A stretch of DNA of 64,000 nucleotides from positions 10,726,001-10,790,000 of the forward strand of contig JBHGNT010000007.1 in the NCBI GenBank assembly GCA_043228905.1, written 5' to 3'. This document shows positions 39,042 through 48,943 of the stretch, piece after piece. Source of the stretch: Azolla caroliniana (lineage: Eukaryota; Plantae; Polypodiophyta). How positions within the stretch are numbered: the first letter of the stretch is position 1; every line of letters starts with the position of its first letter. The notes beneath the pieces were generated by a model. The model saw only the letters and a program-made list of their open reading frames with translations. It did no database searches and was not told where the DNA came from. Position numbers and translations under genes: made by a program.

Positions 39042-39881
39042 GTTACTTCCCTATTTTATGCGGGTCTCAAAACCACATAAAAACACAGTTGGGACAAAGA
39101 AAATTAGGATAAAAGATGATTTGGGATTGTCCCGACTCTGTTTGGGGACTGCGTGGAAATTGGGATTGCTTTTGTGCACCACATATATATATATATATTA
39201 TGTGTCACATAACAAGTCGGCAATGGTTCGGCGGTGCGGTTCGGTTCAGTTTCAACAGTTACAAACCGCAATTTAAACAGTTTAACGTTTATTTTTTTAA
39301 TTTAAAAAAATTGTTTTTAAACAATCTTTCCATTTTCAGGCCTTATTCTCACATTTTAGGAAAATCTTTAAAATTTTGAAAATTTAAAATAATGAGATAT
39401 TTTAAATTTAAAAAAAATGAAATATTTAAAATTTTTAAATTTTTAAAATTGAATTTTGACCTAAGTTCAAACTGAAATCGAACCACGAAACTGTAGTTTT
39501 AACGGTTTAATGGTTCGGTTTAATAGTTTCGTGGTTCGGTTCGGTTCGGTTCAAGTTTCAAATTTTTTAAATAGTTCGATTTTGACCCTCTCAAACCGAA
39601 CTGAACTGTTGCTGATTGTTAGTGTCACATCAGCTAATGATGTTTTTTACTGAAAGTAAATGTGATGGATTATTCTTATGCAGAATGCTGTAGAGAAGCC
39701 TCCGTTCTTTCTTCCAAGCTGGACATACATGTACGTGGCCAATATATTTGTGGTGGTATGGACATTGGTGGTTGGGGTGGGTTTCGGTGGTTGGGCAAGT
39801 ATCACCAATTTCGTTCATCAAATTGACAACTTTGGACTCTTCGCAAAATGCTATCAATGTCCACCCAAGCCTTCCCACTAA
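36380..39881 (+). CDS. LAX: AUX1/LAX auxin influx carrier, 8 exons, 499 aa, intact
   Basis: Exons 36380-36631, 36764-36949, 37429-37541, 37622-37805, 38067-38164, 38278-38485, 38697-38957 and 39684-39881 sum to 1500 nt with GT-AG introns. Motifs: WHGGSVFDAWFSCASNQVAQVLLTLPYSF, TNILYTFGGHAVTVEIMHAMWKP, FPFFGPINS, FGLFAKCYQC. Confidence 0.97.
36764..36949 (+). CDS. LAX: AUX1/LAX exon 2
   Basis: ag|VAQVLLTLPY...NHIIQ|gt. Confidence 0.95.
37429..37541 (+). CDS. LAX: AUX1/LAX exon 3
   Basis: ag|WFEVLDGLLG...LIACG|gt. Confidence 0.95.
37622..37805 (+). CDS. LAX: AUX1/LAX exon 4
   Basis: ag|NIYYI...VHGQ|gt. Confidence 0.95.
38067..38164 (+). CDS. LAX: AUX1/LAX exon 5
   Basis: ag|VLNVKHSAP...GGHAVTV|gt. 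Confidence 0.95.
38278..38485 (+). CDS. LAX: AUX1/LAX exon 6
   Basis: ag|EIMHAMWKP...LIHQ|gt. Confidence 0.95.
38697..38957 (+). CDS. LAX: AUX1/LAX exon 7
   Basis: ag|FITFGFACTPL...IARE|gt. Confidence 0.95.
39000..39038. repeat. (TA)n microsatellite in LAX intron 7
   Basis: Direct reading. Confidence 0.95.
39210..39621. mobile_element. hAT-type MITE in LAX intron 7
   Basis: 8-bp TSD gtgtcaca (39202-39209 and 39622-39629), imperfect TIRs taacaagtcggcaatggttcg / taacaatcagcaacagttcag, and GGTTC subterminal repeats. Confidence 0.85.
39684..39881 (+). CDS. LAX: AUX1/LAX exon 8
   Basis: ag|NAVEKPP...CYQCPPKPSH*. Confidence 0.95.
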   Translation, partial: NAVEKPPFFLPSWTYMYVANIFVVVWTLVVGVGFGGWASITNFVHQIDNFGLFAKCYQCPPKPSH

Positions 39882-40538
39882 ATAACAAATCCAAAGTAAC
39901 TCTTTCGGAACACACATAAACTATATTATATTATAGCTTCCTACCTTCTACTTTACATGCACCCAAAAGAACATAAACAAAACAAAGAAAGTGTGTGAAG
40001 CTACCTAAGGTCATTATTGCCATGCAAGAAAAATCACTCCCACTACCCAATAACATACCTCTTTGAATGAAACATATGCTTAAAGTTGTATACTCCACCC
40101 ACAATCTCGTCTTTGAAAAATACACAATTCCAATAACTCCTTTGAACAATGTTTCAATCTTACACGTTCAAGAATCGCAATCTCATGTAACACGTAGAAA
40201 AGATTTCAAGTTTTAGGTCTCACAACCATTTTGCTACCTATTTTACTTTGGATGTATCCCCAACATGACTTGTCTTCCCTCCCAAGGCCATCCCTTGGCA
40301 TTGAATTTGTTGCGTAAATAATTAATAACATACATATTACAAGATACATAAACATTTAAAAATATAGCACATTTTGGATCGAGAAATTTCCAAGAAATAC
40401 AAGATATTTGATTATATTAGAGTCATGTTAACCTTTGATCGCTTTTGATGTTGATCATGTTAGTGGTAAAAAACCTAGATAACATTTCAATCACGATAGG
40501 TTTTACGAATTCCCCCACTACAAGGGTCTGGATTATAT

Positions 40539-40668
40539 TGTTACGGGCATGCCCATATAATATCCCATGGTGAGAATTTACTGTAGTATTCTATACACGT
40601 GGATAAGTGTGAGGGTTATTATACGGTAAATTCTCACCACGGGATATTATATGGTCATGCCCGTAACA
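40539..40668. repeat. 130-bp hairpin with near-perfect inverted arms of about 49 bp
   Basis: tgttacgggcatgcccatataatatcccatggtgagaatttactgta versus the reverse complement of 40622-40668, about 3 mismatches. Confidence 0.85.
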
Positions 40669-40984
40669 TATAGCCTCTTGATGTAGATGGTGTAATTGGC
40701 TAAAGATAAACAATGTTTAAATTAGGAGTTTGCAACAGTTCAACTCAAGCCTAAATTAAGTCGGTAAACAATTGTTAAACGGTTTGGTGGTTCAGTTCAT
40801 TTTAGTTCAATCTTGGGCATCCTTAATTAGTTTGATATTGGTTTAGTTTGACTTGAGCCTTGCTTAACCGACTCAAAATAGTTAGGTCATTTATATATTT
40901 TTCAATTGATAGAGAGAGAGAGAGAGAGATAGAAAAGAAGAAAGAAAAAAAGATATATTAACGTCTTTTAAGGCCAAAAATGGC

Positions 40985-41274
40985 CCATGATTTGGAGTCA
41001 AAGATTATGGGGTTCAAGTTTCATATGATTGAAACCAGTCCAATGAACAATGGTTTATTTTGGCTGAAGTGCTTTAACATTGTCCAAGCCAAAATGGTTA
41101 CGCATTAACTACTTCGGAAGAGTTCAAAGCTGAACCGAATTGAACTGAACCCTAAACCGGTTACTAATTTGGCTTGAACAATGTTAAACCACTTCAGACA
41201 AACTAAACCATTGTTGATTCTTAGTTTCAATCATATGAAATTTGAAACCCATAATCTTTGACTCCAAATCATGC
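40985..41274. repeat. Fold-back inverted repeat with arms of about 115 bp and a spacer of about 58 bp
   Basis: catgatttggagtcaaagattatggg...aagccaaa recurs inverted at 41160-41274. Confidence 0.85.
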
Positions 41275-41454
41275 CTTGATGGATCAGTCTTAGCCAAAGT
41301 CGAACCGCCAAATCCATCTATGAAGATTATGTCTTCGGTATAGCTTGAGACATTCATTTCAGTCATTTTGGGCATATATTCTTGGTCTAGACATACAACG
41401 GGAATGAACGTTGGGCTAATCTCGTCATTAGCGATCCCCAATATCAATCATAGT

Positions 41455-41969
41455 AGGTGTATCTAGGGAGAGAAATTTCTATATCGTATGGATTTCTGGG
41501 TGGAACATAATGTGGGTAATTGAAATTTGAGGGTGCATGAAACCAATAAATAATAAAAATGTGGAGTAGTTCTAAACCTATTTCCTCTAAACCTAGTCTA
41601 TTTATCTTGTTTCTGTGATGTCATTTAGGTACATCATCTTGATTTGCATGTTATCTATCTATATTATATAAGATATCCATAAGGTCATATTTTTACTCTT
41701 GCTAGCTAGTTGTGTGTATGCCCTATACCCATGTCATAGTATTCCAATGCTCTTCTCTATTTAGTGGAAATGCTCGTCTCCTGGTATTCCAACATTTACC
41801 CCCACATTGCCCTATCCTTGAATAGTCCTTTCTTGTTGTAACTTGTTTTTGAGTACCGTTATTGACGTGCACTTCTTCGATTGCATCTCTACCGATTAAA
41901 CCAACATAATGTAAAGCATTGCCTTTGATTCATCATGTAAAATTTGTTAGCATCTCCATCAATTACAAG
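41455..41969 (+). pseudogene. Decayed partial duplicate of LAX exon 2 and intron 2
   Basis: 41720-41969 aligns with 37029-37297 (for example ttgcatctctaccgattaaacc.acataatgtaaagcat); tcatttag|gtacatcatcttg matches the exon 2 donor. Confidence 0.75.
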
Positions 41970-43254
41970 GTAATGGTTAAGTGTTATTGTGTTGCCTCAT
42001 AATAAATCAAATGAAGGGAAGATTACATAACTACATTTGAATTCCAAAGGAGATCACATAAGGAAAACTATTGTGCAATTCCTATGGTCACATGAAGCAA
42101 ATGTGTGAAAAAGAATAATGCGAGTGGATTACTTGGCCTGAGCACTTGACTCAAATGTGCTAATCCAACATGGGAACCCAACCTTTGAGTGGAGCTCTAG
42201 AGACAAACACACAACTTAATCATGCAAGCCCTACGAGTCAAATGTGCACCTAAGTGGAATGTGCAATACGAGCCCCTCTTAGAAGATAGCTCCCAGGTCC
42301 TACTTTTGATCCCAACACATTGTCAATTGGAACATGCAGTCGTAATGCACAATGATAACTCATGAGGAGAATACACAATTACACCATGTAAAGTGAACAC
42401 ACAATCCCAACATGCAAAGGGATTGTGGGAATGTAAAACATGAACTAGGAAATAGGGGTACGATTATAGAAAGATGATCTTGCGATAAGAACATGCGAAG
42501 GGAATACACGAATACACTACATGAATCGAAAGTACATTCACTCATATGATTCAAAATTAGAAGAGATTTACCCAAGGACACCCAATTTGTAGAAAATATT
42601 ATTTAAGAACCTTTCACTACTATAGAAACGATCGTTATCGATGCAAAAACATGTCCCTAACTAGGTGACCAATTGCATAGGAACTTCATCTAGTTTAGAG
42701 TGCAACCAATGACAGAGACACTTTAGGTGTCGCAATGCAATGTATATTATAGCATCGCATAGCCATGCCCTACAACAACTAAAACAATATATAAATAGGA
42801 GATCTTGAGACCATTTGGACTTTGTTTTTCTTTTGTCCTCTCTCTCTTTAGATCTTTTGTGGTTTCTCGTCCTAACTCACGATCTTCAACTTGCTTTCGC
42901 ACATTCTCTCCAAAACTAGCTCTCACCATATTTTCTAATGTCGCATCAACGTGTGTGTGTGTGTGTGTGTGCTCTAATCAAGTGAGACCATGCCGGACCT
43001 GACAAGGATGTGATGTTGTGGCCATGCAAGGTGCCATGTAAGAGACAAGGCGCCATGCGCATAACTTTCATGGCCACTCATGAGGGCATGTGTAATAGCC
43101 CATTTGGACCTCTACATAAGTGGAGTGTCTACCCACCAAAAGGGAAAAGGAGGGTCCCCTTCCTTCTTGTGTATATCAATATTGGTAGATTTTCTTGTAT
43201 ACTTTTCCTCTTAGTGAATTAACACTATCAAGGTTGAAGATTTGAGTTGAGAAA

Positions 43255-43420
43255 ATCTAGATTCAAGGAAAGCTTAACTCAAGTCAAGAAAAGCTTAGCC
43301 TCAAGGAAAACTTAGACTCTAGTCAAGGTAAAGCCTAGACTCAAGGAAAGCCTAGACTTGATGAAGCTTAGGCCCCAACCAAAGAACCTAAGGCCCAAAT
43401 CGAGGAAGCTAAGGTCCTAC
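43255..43420. repeat. Degenerate tandem repeat of about 17-22 bp (tcaaggaaagcttagac)
   Basis: Direct reading; probably part of an unclassified TE. Confidence 0.65.
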
Positions 43421-43596
43421 TTGACATACCTTCGAACCTTTAGCTATAGTAGAGGAAGCTTGGGCACAAGCAGAGGAAATCTTGGCTCAAATCAAAGAAA
43501 TCCAAGATCTCATCTTTTTCTAGCTCAGAGCACTTTATTAGAACTTCATCAAGGAAGTGCATGGTGATGTAAGGGATACAATCACTTTGTATCTTA

Positions 43597-44188
43597 TGTA
43601 GGAAATAGCGTGGAATATTGCTCAGCCACAACCGAGTCTTGAATCTCTTCAATGAGAATCAAACACAGAAATGGGAAGTAGAGAGTGAACGCACGTACAC
43701 ACACAAGCAACGATAGAGAACACATGATGTTTACGTGGAAAACCCTAAGTAGCGAAAAAACACGGGAACCCACAGACACCAAACTATCACTATATTAGAA
43801 AGGTACAATCAGAGACTCGGAGGCAACGACCTCGAGCTCTGTATCTTCACCAAGCGACGGTTACAACAGAGTCTCGCTCTGTATTTCTCTCTCTCTCTCT
43901 TTCGCTCTCTTTCTAACAATATACAACAACAACCTCTCTACCATCACACCATGGTAAAGTGATTGCCCTAAGTATTATTTATACTTATATGACTTTTAGG
44001 CTATTTACAAATATAGCCTCAGTGGGCTTACTCTAACATATTTACAATATATGTCCTTGGATCCGGTTTGCACCGGATCCATCTGGATTCACTCGATCCG
44101 GTTTCTAGGTCTCATCCGGATCTGGTTCCATCATCCGGTTCATCCGGTTCTCATCCGGATCCCATATGGAGGGACCAAAATCCCAACA
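43597..44188 (-). mobile_element. Solo LTR related to the copia family of 48139-53776
   Basis: TG...CA ends with TSD tctta/cctta. The minus start tgttggg..ggtccctcc..atggg resembles the 53002 LTR. Confidence 0.85.
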
Positions 44189-44189
44189 C

Positions 44190-44745
44190 CTTATTCATAA
44201 CATTCACCATAAGAGTTATGTACTTAATGCCACCTTGCGACAAGGTACACATTCACACTAGACGGATCTAGGTTAACATTGTTGTGATGTCCCTACTTTC
44301 CAAGGCTAGTTGGAACTAATCATGCCTCGAGTATAGATCTCCGATCAATTAGATGAGCATCCCTACAAATGCTTTAGTGAAGACGTTAATTCTCGGTCCA
44401 ACCCCAACATTGTGAATGGTCACTTTGTTGACCGATCATAGGTTGTAGATGAAACGTGAACTCCCATTCTTTCTTTGGAATTGTGAAGCACAAGCTAGAA
44501 TATGGCACACTTGATGGATTGAGCATTTCCATCTCAATCTTCTCCCTTAGAGGCTCAATCAGCTTAGGGATGTGAGCTCTTTTCATGGGGATCGGTTTCA
44601 TATTCCACATCACATGCAATATCATGAATATCAACATTGGTTGAACAACCTTTGATTAGCACACTCTATTTTCATTGGCGAGAAGGAGAAAGCCCTTCTA
44701 GCTCTGTTTTGAACCTTAAACCCTCTTTAGGAAATAGGAAGTCAT
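44190..44745 (-). mobile_element. Old gypsy RT fragment (Trp-gypsy lineage)
   Basis: WNMKPIPMKRAHIPKL..PSSVPYSS. Confidence 0.8.
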
Positions 44746-46777
44746 TGTTGAATACGGGCTTCTAATGGACGTATTCACATAATCTCCTTTGTACACACTA
44801 GGCTTAGGCTACTTTGGAAAATAGTGAGAAGGGCATTTGCCCTAAGTTAGTCAGTATATAAACTGACTGTGTAACCTAGTTGTTGTTGTTGTTCTTTGTG
44901 GCTATTGCAATATATTCTGAGTTGTGTCTATCTCTCTCTCTCTCTCTCTCTTTTACGCACTAGTTGCATTCCTGTTTATTTATCTATATTGCCATCAATC
45001 TACTATGATCTTGTATCTACTTATGATCTTCCACTAGAGGAGTGTTGATCTTATTCCGCGTTAGATGACGACGCTCTCAACATTTGGTATCATGAAGACC
45101 TCCGTTGATCTCGGTAGGCAACGCACAACAAGTCTGCACTCCATCGTTCTAGATCACTCTCGGCATGAGCTAGTTGGATATAATCCAGCCTTGTGATTGT
45201 AGCCACTCTAAGTGAGACTCTTATCTCGATTAGGCGACACTCGTGCCTCACTCGGTTAGGCCGAAATGGAACAAGTCATTTGATGTTATCCCTTTACTCG
45301 CCGTAACCACTCGAAGCAAACACGACTCCAGGGGCAACCCCAATCTGTGTTTCATTCGGCTGAACGATATTCAGGAGGACTAGTTGGCTCCGTCTCTCTC
45401 ATCGGTGCAGTTACCTGAAACAGGATTGGCCTGGAGAATCACACATAATCCGTGTTGGGAAATCTCGGAAAATCAACATTCTAAATCGAACAATCAAATC
45501 CGGGTTCAATTCGACTAAGTTAGTTCACTGTAGTCACTCTGAACAGAATTCATCCATACTCGAAATCAACACGACTTGTGTCCAACTCCAGCTAGAATGA
45601 CATTGAGAGAGCTTGGCTACTGCACTCCACCACAGTTCGTCGCTGAATTCGAACAAAGTCTATTAAACCAACACAAATGGCATCAACATCCGGCTCGTGA
45701 GAGATGAGTCTAAGGAAGTTTGACGGATCGAACTTCAACTTCTGGAAGGAGCAGATGCAAGACTATTTAATAGTCAAGGGGCAAATTGACCCCATTGATA
45801 ATGAAGACCCTCAAGAAGGATACACACCGCTTGAATGGGAAAAACTCGACAAAATCGTCGGAGCCACCATTCGGATGCACCTATCAGAGTCTGCGTACTT
45901 CACGGTGCAATCGTGTTTGATTGTGTTCCAACTATGGAAGACACTTTCAGACACTTACGAAAAGAAAGTCGCTGCCACCAAGATATACCTAATTCAGCGC
46001 CTTTATAACCTTCGGATGAAAGAGTTTGACTTGGTCTAGGCACACCTGAAAGAGTATGAAAGCTTAATCTCCTAAATTGCGGCCCAGGGGATGACTATCG
46101 AGGATGAACTAAAAGCAATGCTGCTTATGAGCAGTCTCCCTCCTTCGCGGGAAACTTTCATTACAACTGTGTGCAATGCATCGACAATTGTCGTTAAGTA
46201 CTCCTCAGTCACGAGTGCAATTATGACTGAAGCAACTCGGAGAAAATCGTTTGCAAATGTCAGGAACAGTACTAAGATAGAGAAGTAATTAGTACTAAAA
46301 GATGAGGATTAGTACAAAGAGAGGTGTAGAACTCTCGAGAGAAGGAAAGTGTGAGGGAGAGAGAGTGATGATAACAAAAGATATATATTATGTGAGGAGA
46401 ATATACATTAGTAGCTAGGAGGCTTAAGACTCACGTTGAACCGATTTGGTTCGAAATAATGCCTTGTGCCTCCTTATATAGTGTTTTCAGGAGTACTCCT
46501 AAAGTTTCTAGAATGTTCCAGAGAAATCTGGAATATACATCAATTTTCTACAGTGAAATAATAAATGAAAATAATATCCTTCGTATCACAATGTATAGCC
46601 TAAATCCATGTAACATAAGGTTATGGGTTCAAATCTTGCCATATCATGACACTATCCCCCCTTCAAAACGACGAGTGTTACAAGTCGGTTTGGATTGAGG
46701 ACCAGGTTTGTCTGGATATTGACAATGGAATTCTTCAAGAAGAGCACAAGCATTGGTCACATTCTCTATTGGTTCCC

Positions 46778-46959
46778 AAGTACGCTCGCTGGGACTATAC
46801 TCTAGCCAATCGACCAAATAGTAGAGCTTGTTGCGAACAATCTTGGAATCGAGGATGGCGACAACCTCAAGTATGCTCGTTGGGACTATACCCTAGCCAA
46901 TCGACCAAATAGTAGAGCTTTTTGCGAACAATCTTGGAATCGAGGATGGCGACAACCTC
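46778..46959. repeat. 91-bp tandem duplication within the chromodomain coding region
   Basis: 46778-46868 and 46869-46959 differ at about 4 positions. Confidence 0.9.
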
Positions 46960-47982
46960 GTACTTAGGTCCATCTTCAAGTTTGATCGGGGGTGGAGATG
47001 GTTTGATATGACCTGGGATAGTGCTGTCCTGAAAGGGTTCTAGAAGAGAACTATGAAATACCATATGTATACGTAGTTGTGGAGGTAGATCGAGACGAAA
47101 AACGACATCATTAATTTTTTCGAAAATATGGAAAGGACCCAATTGTCGATAATCCAATTTATTGCATGGGCGAGTAGTCTTAATGTGTCGTTGTAATAGT
47201 CATACTCGATCTCTAATGTTAAAACTGGATGGAAGCCAATGACGATCCGCATAATCCTTATGCGTTTGTTGAGCTTGTTGTAAATGAGTAGATAAATCCG
47301 CCTGTATCTTGCATAGCCGTTCCAAACAATCCTCTACACAACGATTTGTGGGTAACTCTGGAGTTTCAAAAACACACCATCGGGGATGATAGCCCGTTGT
47401 CGTGAAGAAAACCGTCCCCAGGCGCAAACCGTGTATAATGTGTGTGAACCGGCCCTTACACGTGGGCACGTCCCTTGTGGTAAAGTAGATAGGTAGGCGC
47501 AAGGGTTAGATCCTAGGTAGCAATATTCTATAGGGAGAATCGAGGAGTATCTCTGTCCGAAAGGACAGAGAATTAATGTGATGTAAACGGGCAAGACGGC
47601 CTCCCTCCTTGAGCTATAAAAGAGAGGGAGACGGGGGAGAGAGGGTATCGCGCGCTAAGGGGACGAAGTGCTGTCGGACTGGGACCGAGCTCTTCTCCTC
47701 TGTCGTTCTCCATAAACTTTCTTTGTGCAGGTTCTCGAGTGGCTGATTCTGCTCCGTGGAACGCCCGTGTGCTTCCGACAGAATCTCCATCTTGCTCCCC
47801 TGTATGCGTGGGTGATCAGGCGTCGACACCCGTCTCGCCGCCTGATCAACTGTAACCGTCCGAGTCATCTGCATACATATATTTATATACGCGTTCTTAT
47901 ACTCTACCTCCTGCCCAACTTGTGTCTCTTGTGTTGATCGGGCTGCGTTCCCGCACGCTTCTTTGTCTATCCGTGTGTGAGC

Positions 47983-48018
<36 letters not shown>

Positions 48019-48091
48019 ACCTATTCCTCGGTCCAAGACCCCAGTGGTCCCGCCTTGTTCTCCACGCACGCGCGTAACAACGTGACATATT

Positions 48092-48109
48092 TGGTGAACC
48101 CGACGTGAA
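48092..48109 (+). promoter_or_regulatory. PBS complementary to tRNA-Trp
   Basis: 18/18 complement of the plant tRNA-Trp 3' end as recalled. Confidence 0.88.
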
Positions 48110-48179
48110 CAGGCGACAGAGGAGTAGAAGGTGAGGGGTGTTGAGAGACAGGTCCCTTCGGATGGGAAGGGAGAAGAAA

Positions 48180-48456
48180 CCGGATGAGGAGTACCTGGCT
48201 ATGGAGAGCCGGATGGTGCAGGGCCGGTACGAACCGGATGAGGAGTACCCGGCTACGGAGAGCCGAATGGTGCAGGCCCGGTATGAACTAGATGAGGAGT
48301 ACCCGGCTACTAAGAGCCGGATGGTGAAGGCCCGGTACGAACCGGATGAGGAGTACCCGGCTACGAAGAGCCGGATGGTGCAGGCCTGGTACGAACCAGA
48401 TGAGGAGTACCCGGCTACGGAGAGCCGGATGGTGCAGACCCGGTATGAACCGGAGG
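48180..48456. repeat. 5 x 54-bp tandem repeat in 5' LTR U3
   Basis: Unit ccggatgaggagtacccggctacggagagccggatggtgcaggcccggtacgaa. Confidence 0.95.
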
Positions 48457-48943
48457 AAGAGACATATTCGTAAATATGTTTCTGAGAGCCCATCGTGGCT
48501 ATATTTGTAAATAGCCGAAAAGTCATATTAGTATAAATATGACTTAGGGCAAACTTTTAGTTGTAGTGGTTGTCATTCTTCCTTGTTGGTGCAAGAAGAA
48601 GAGAGAGTGTGTAACTGTACAGAGAGAGAGAGAGAGACGAGGTTGTTGCCTCTGTTGTAACCGCCGCCTGTGGCGAAGATCTGTGAGCCCGAGGTCGTTG
48701 CCTCAGTGAACTCACTGTTGTATATTCCTACATAGTGACAGTTTGCAGCGTGTGGGCTGCCGTGGTTTTTTCCCCTAGTTTGGGGTTTTTCCACATAAAC
48801 CTCCTGTGTATCTTTCTCCTCTTTGTGTCGTGTTCTATTTCCCATTTTCTGTGTATGAAAAGAATCTTGGTTGTGGCCGAGCGTTGGACATAAGGAACGT
48901 TGGGTTCCCGTCAAGTGGTATCAGAGCGAATCGACACAGAAAA

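Noticed and set aside
41980-43250. Possible gene or LTR
   Set aside because: No recognisable ORF or termini; probably old repeat DNA that cannot be classified by eye.
48180-48456. Regular repeat array resembling a CRISPR
   Set aside because: Units are contiguous with no unique spacers, lie in both LTRs of a copia, and the context is eukaryotic.
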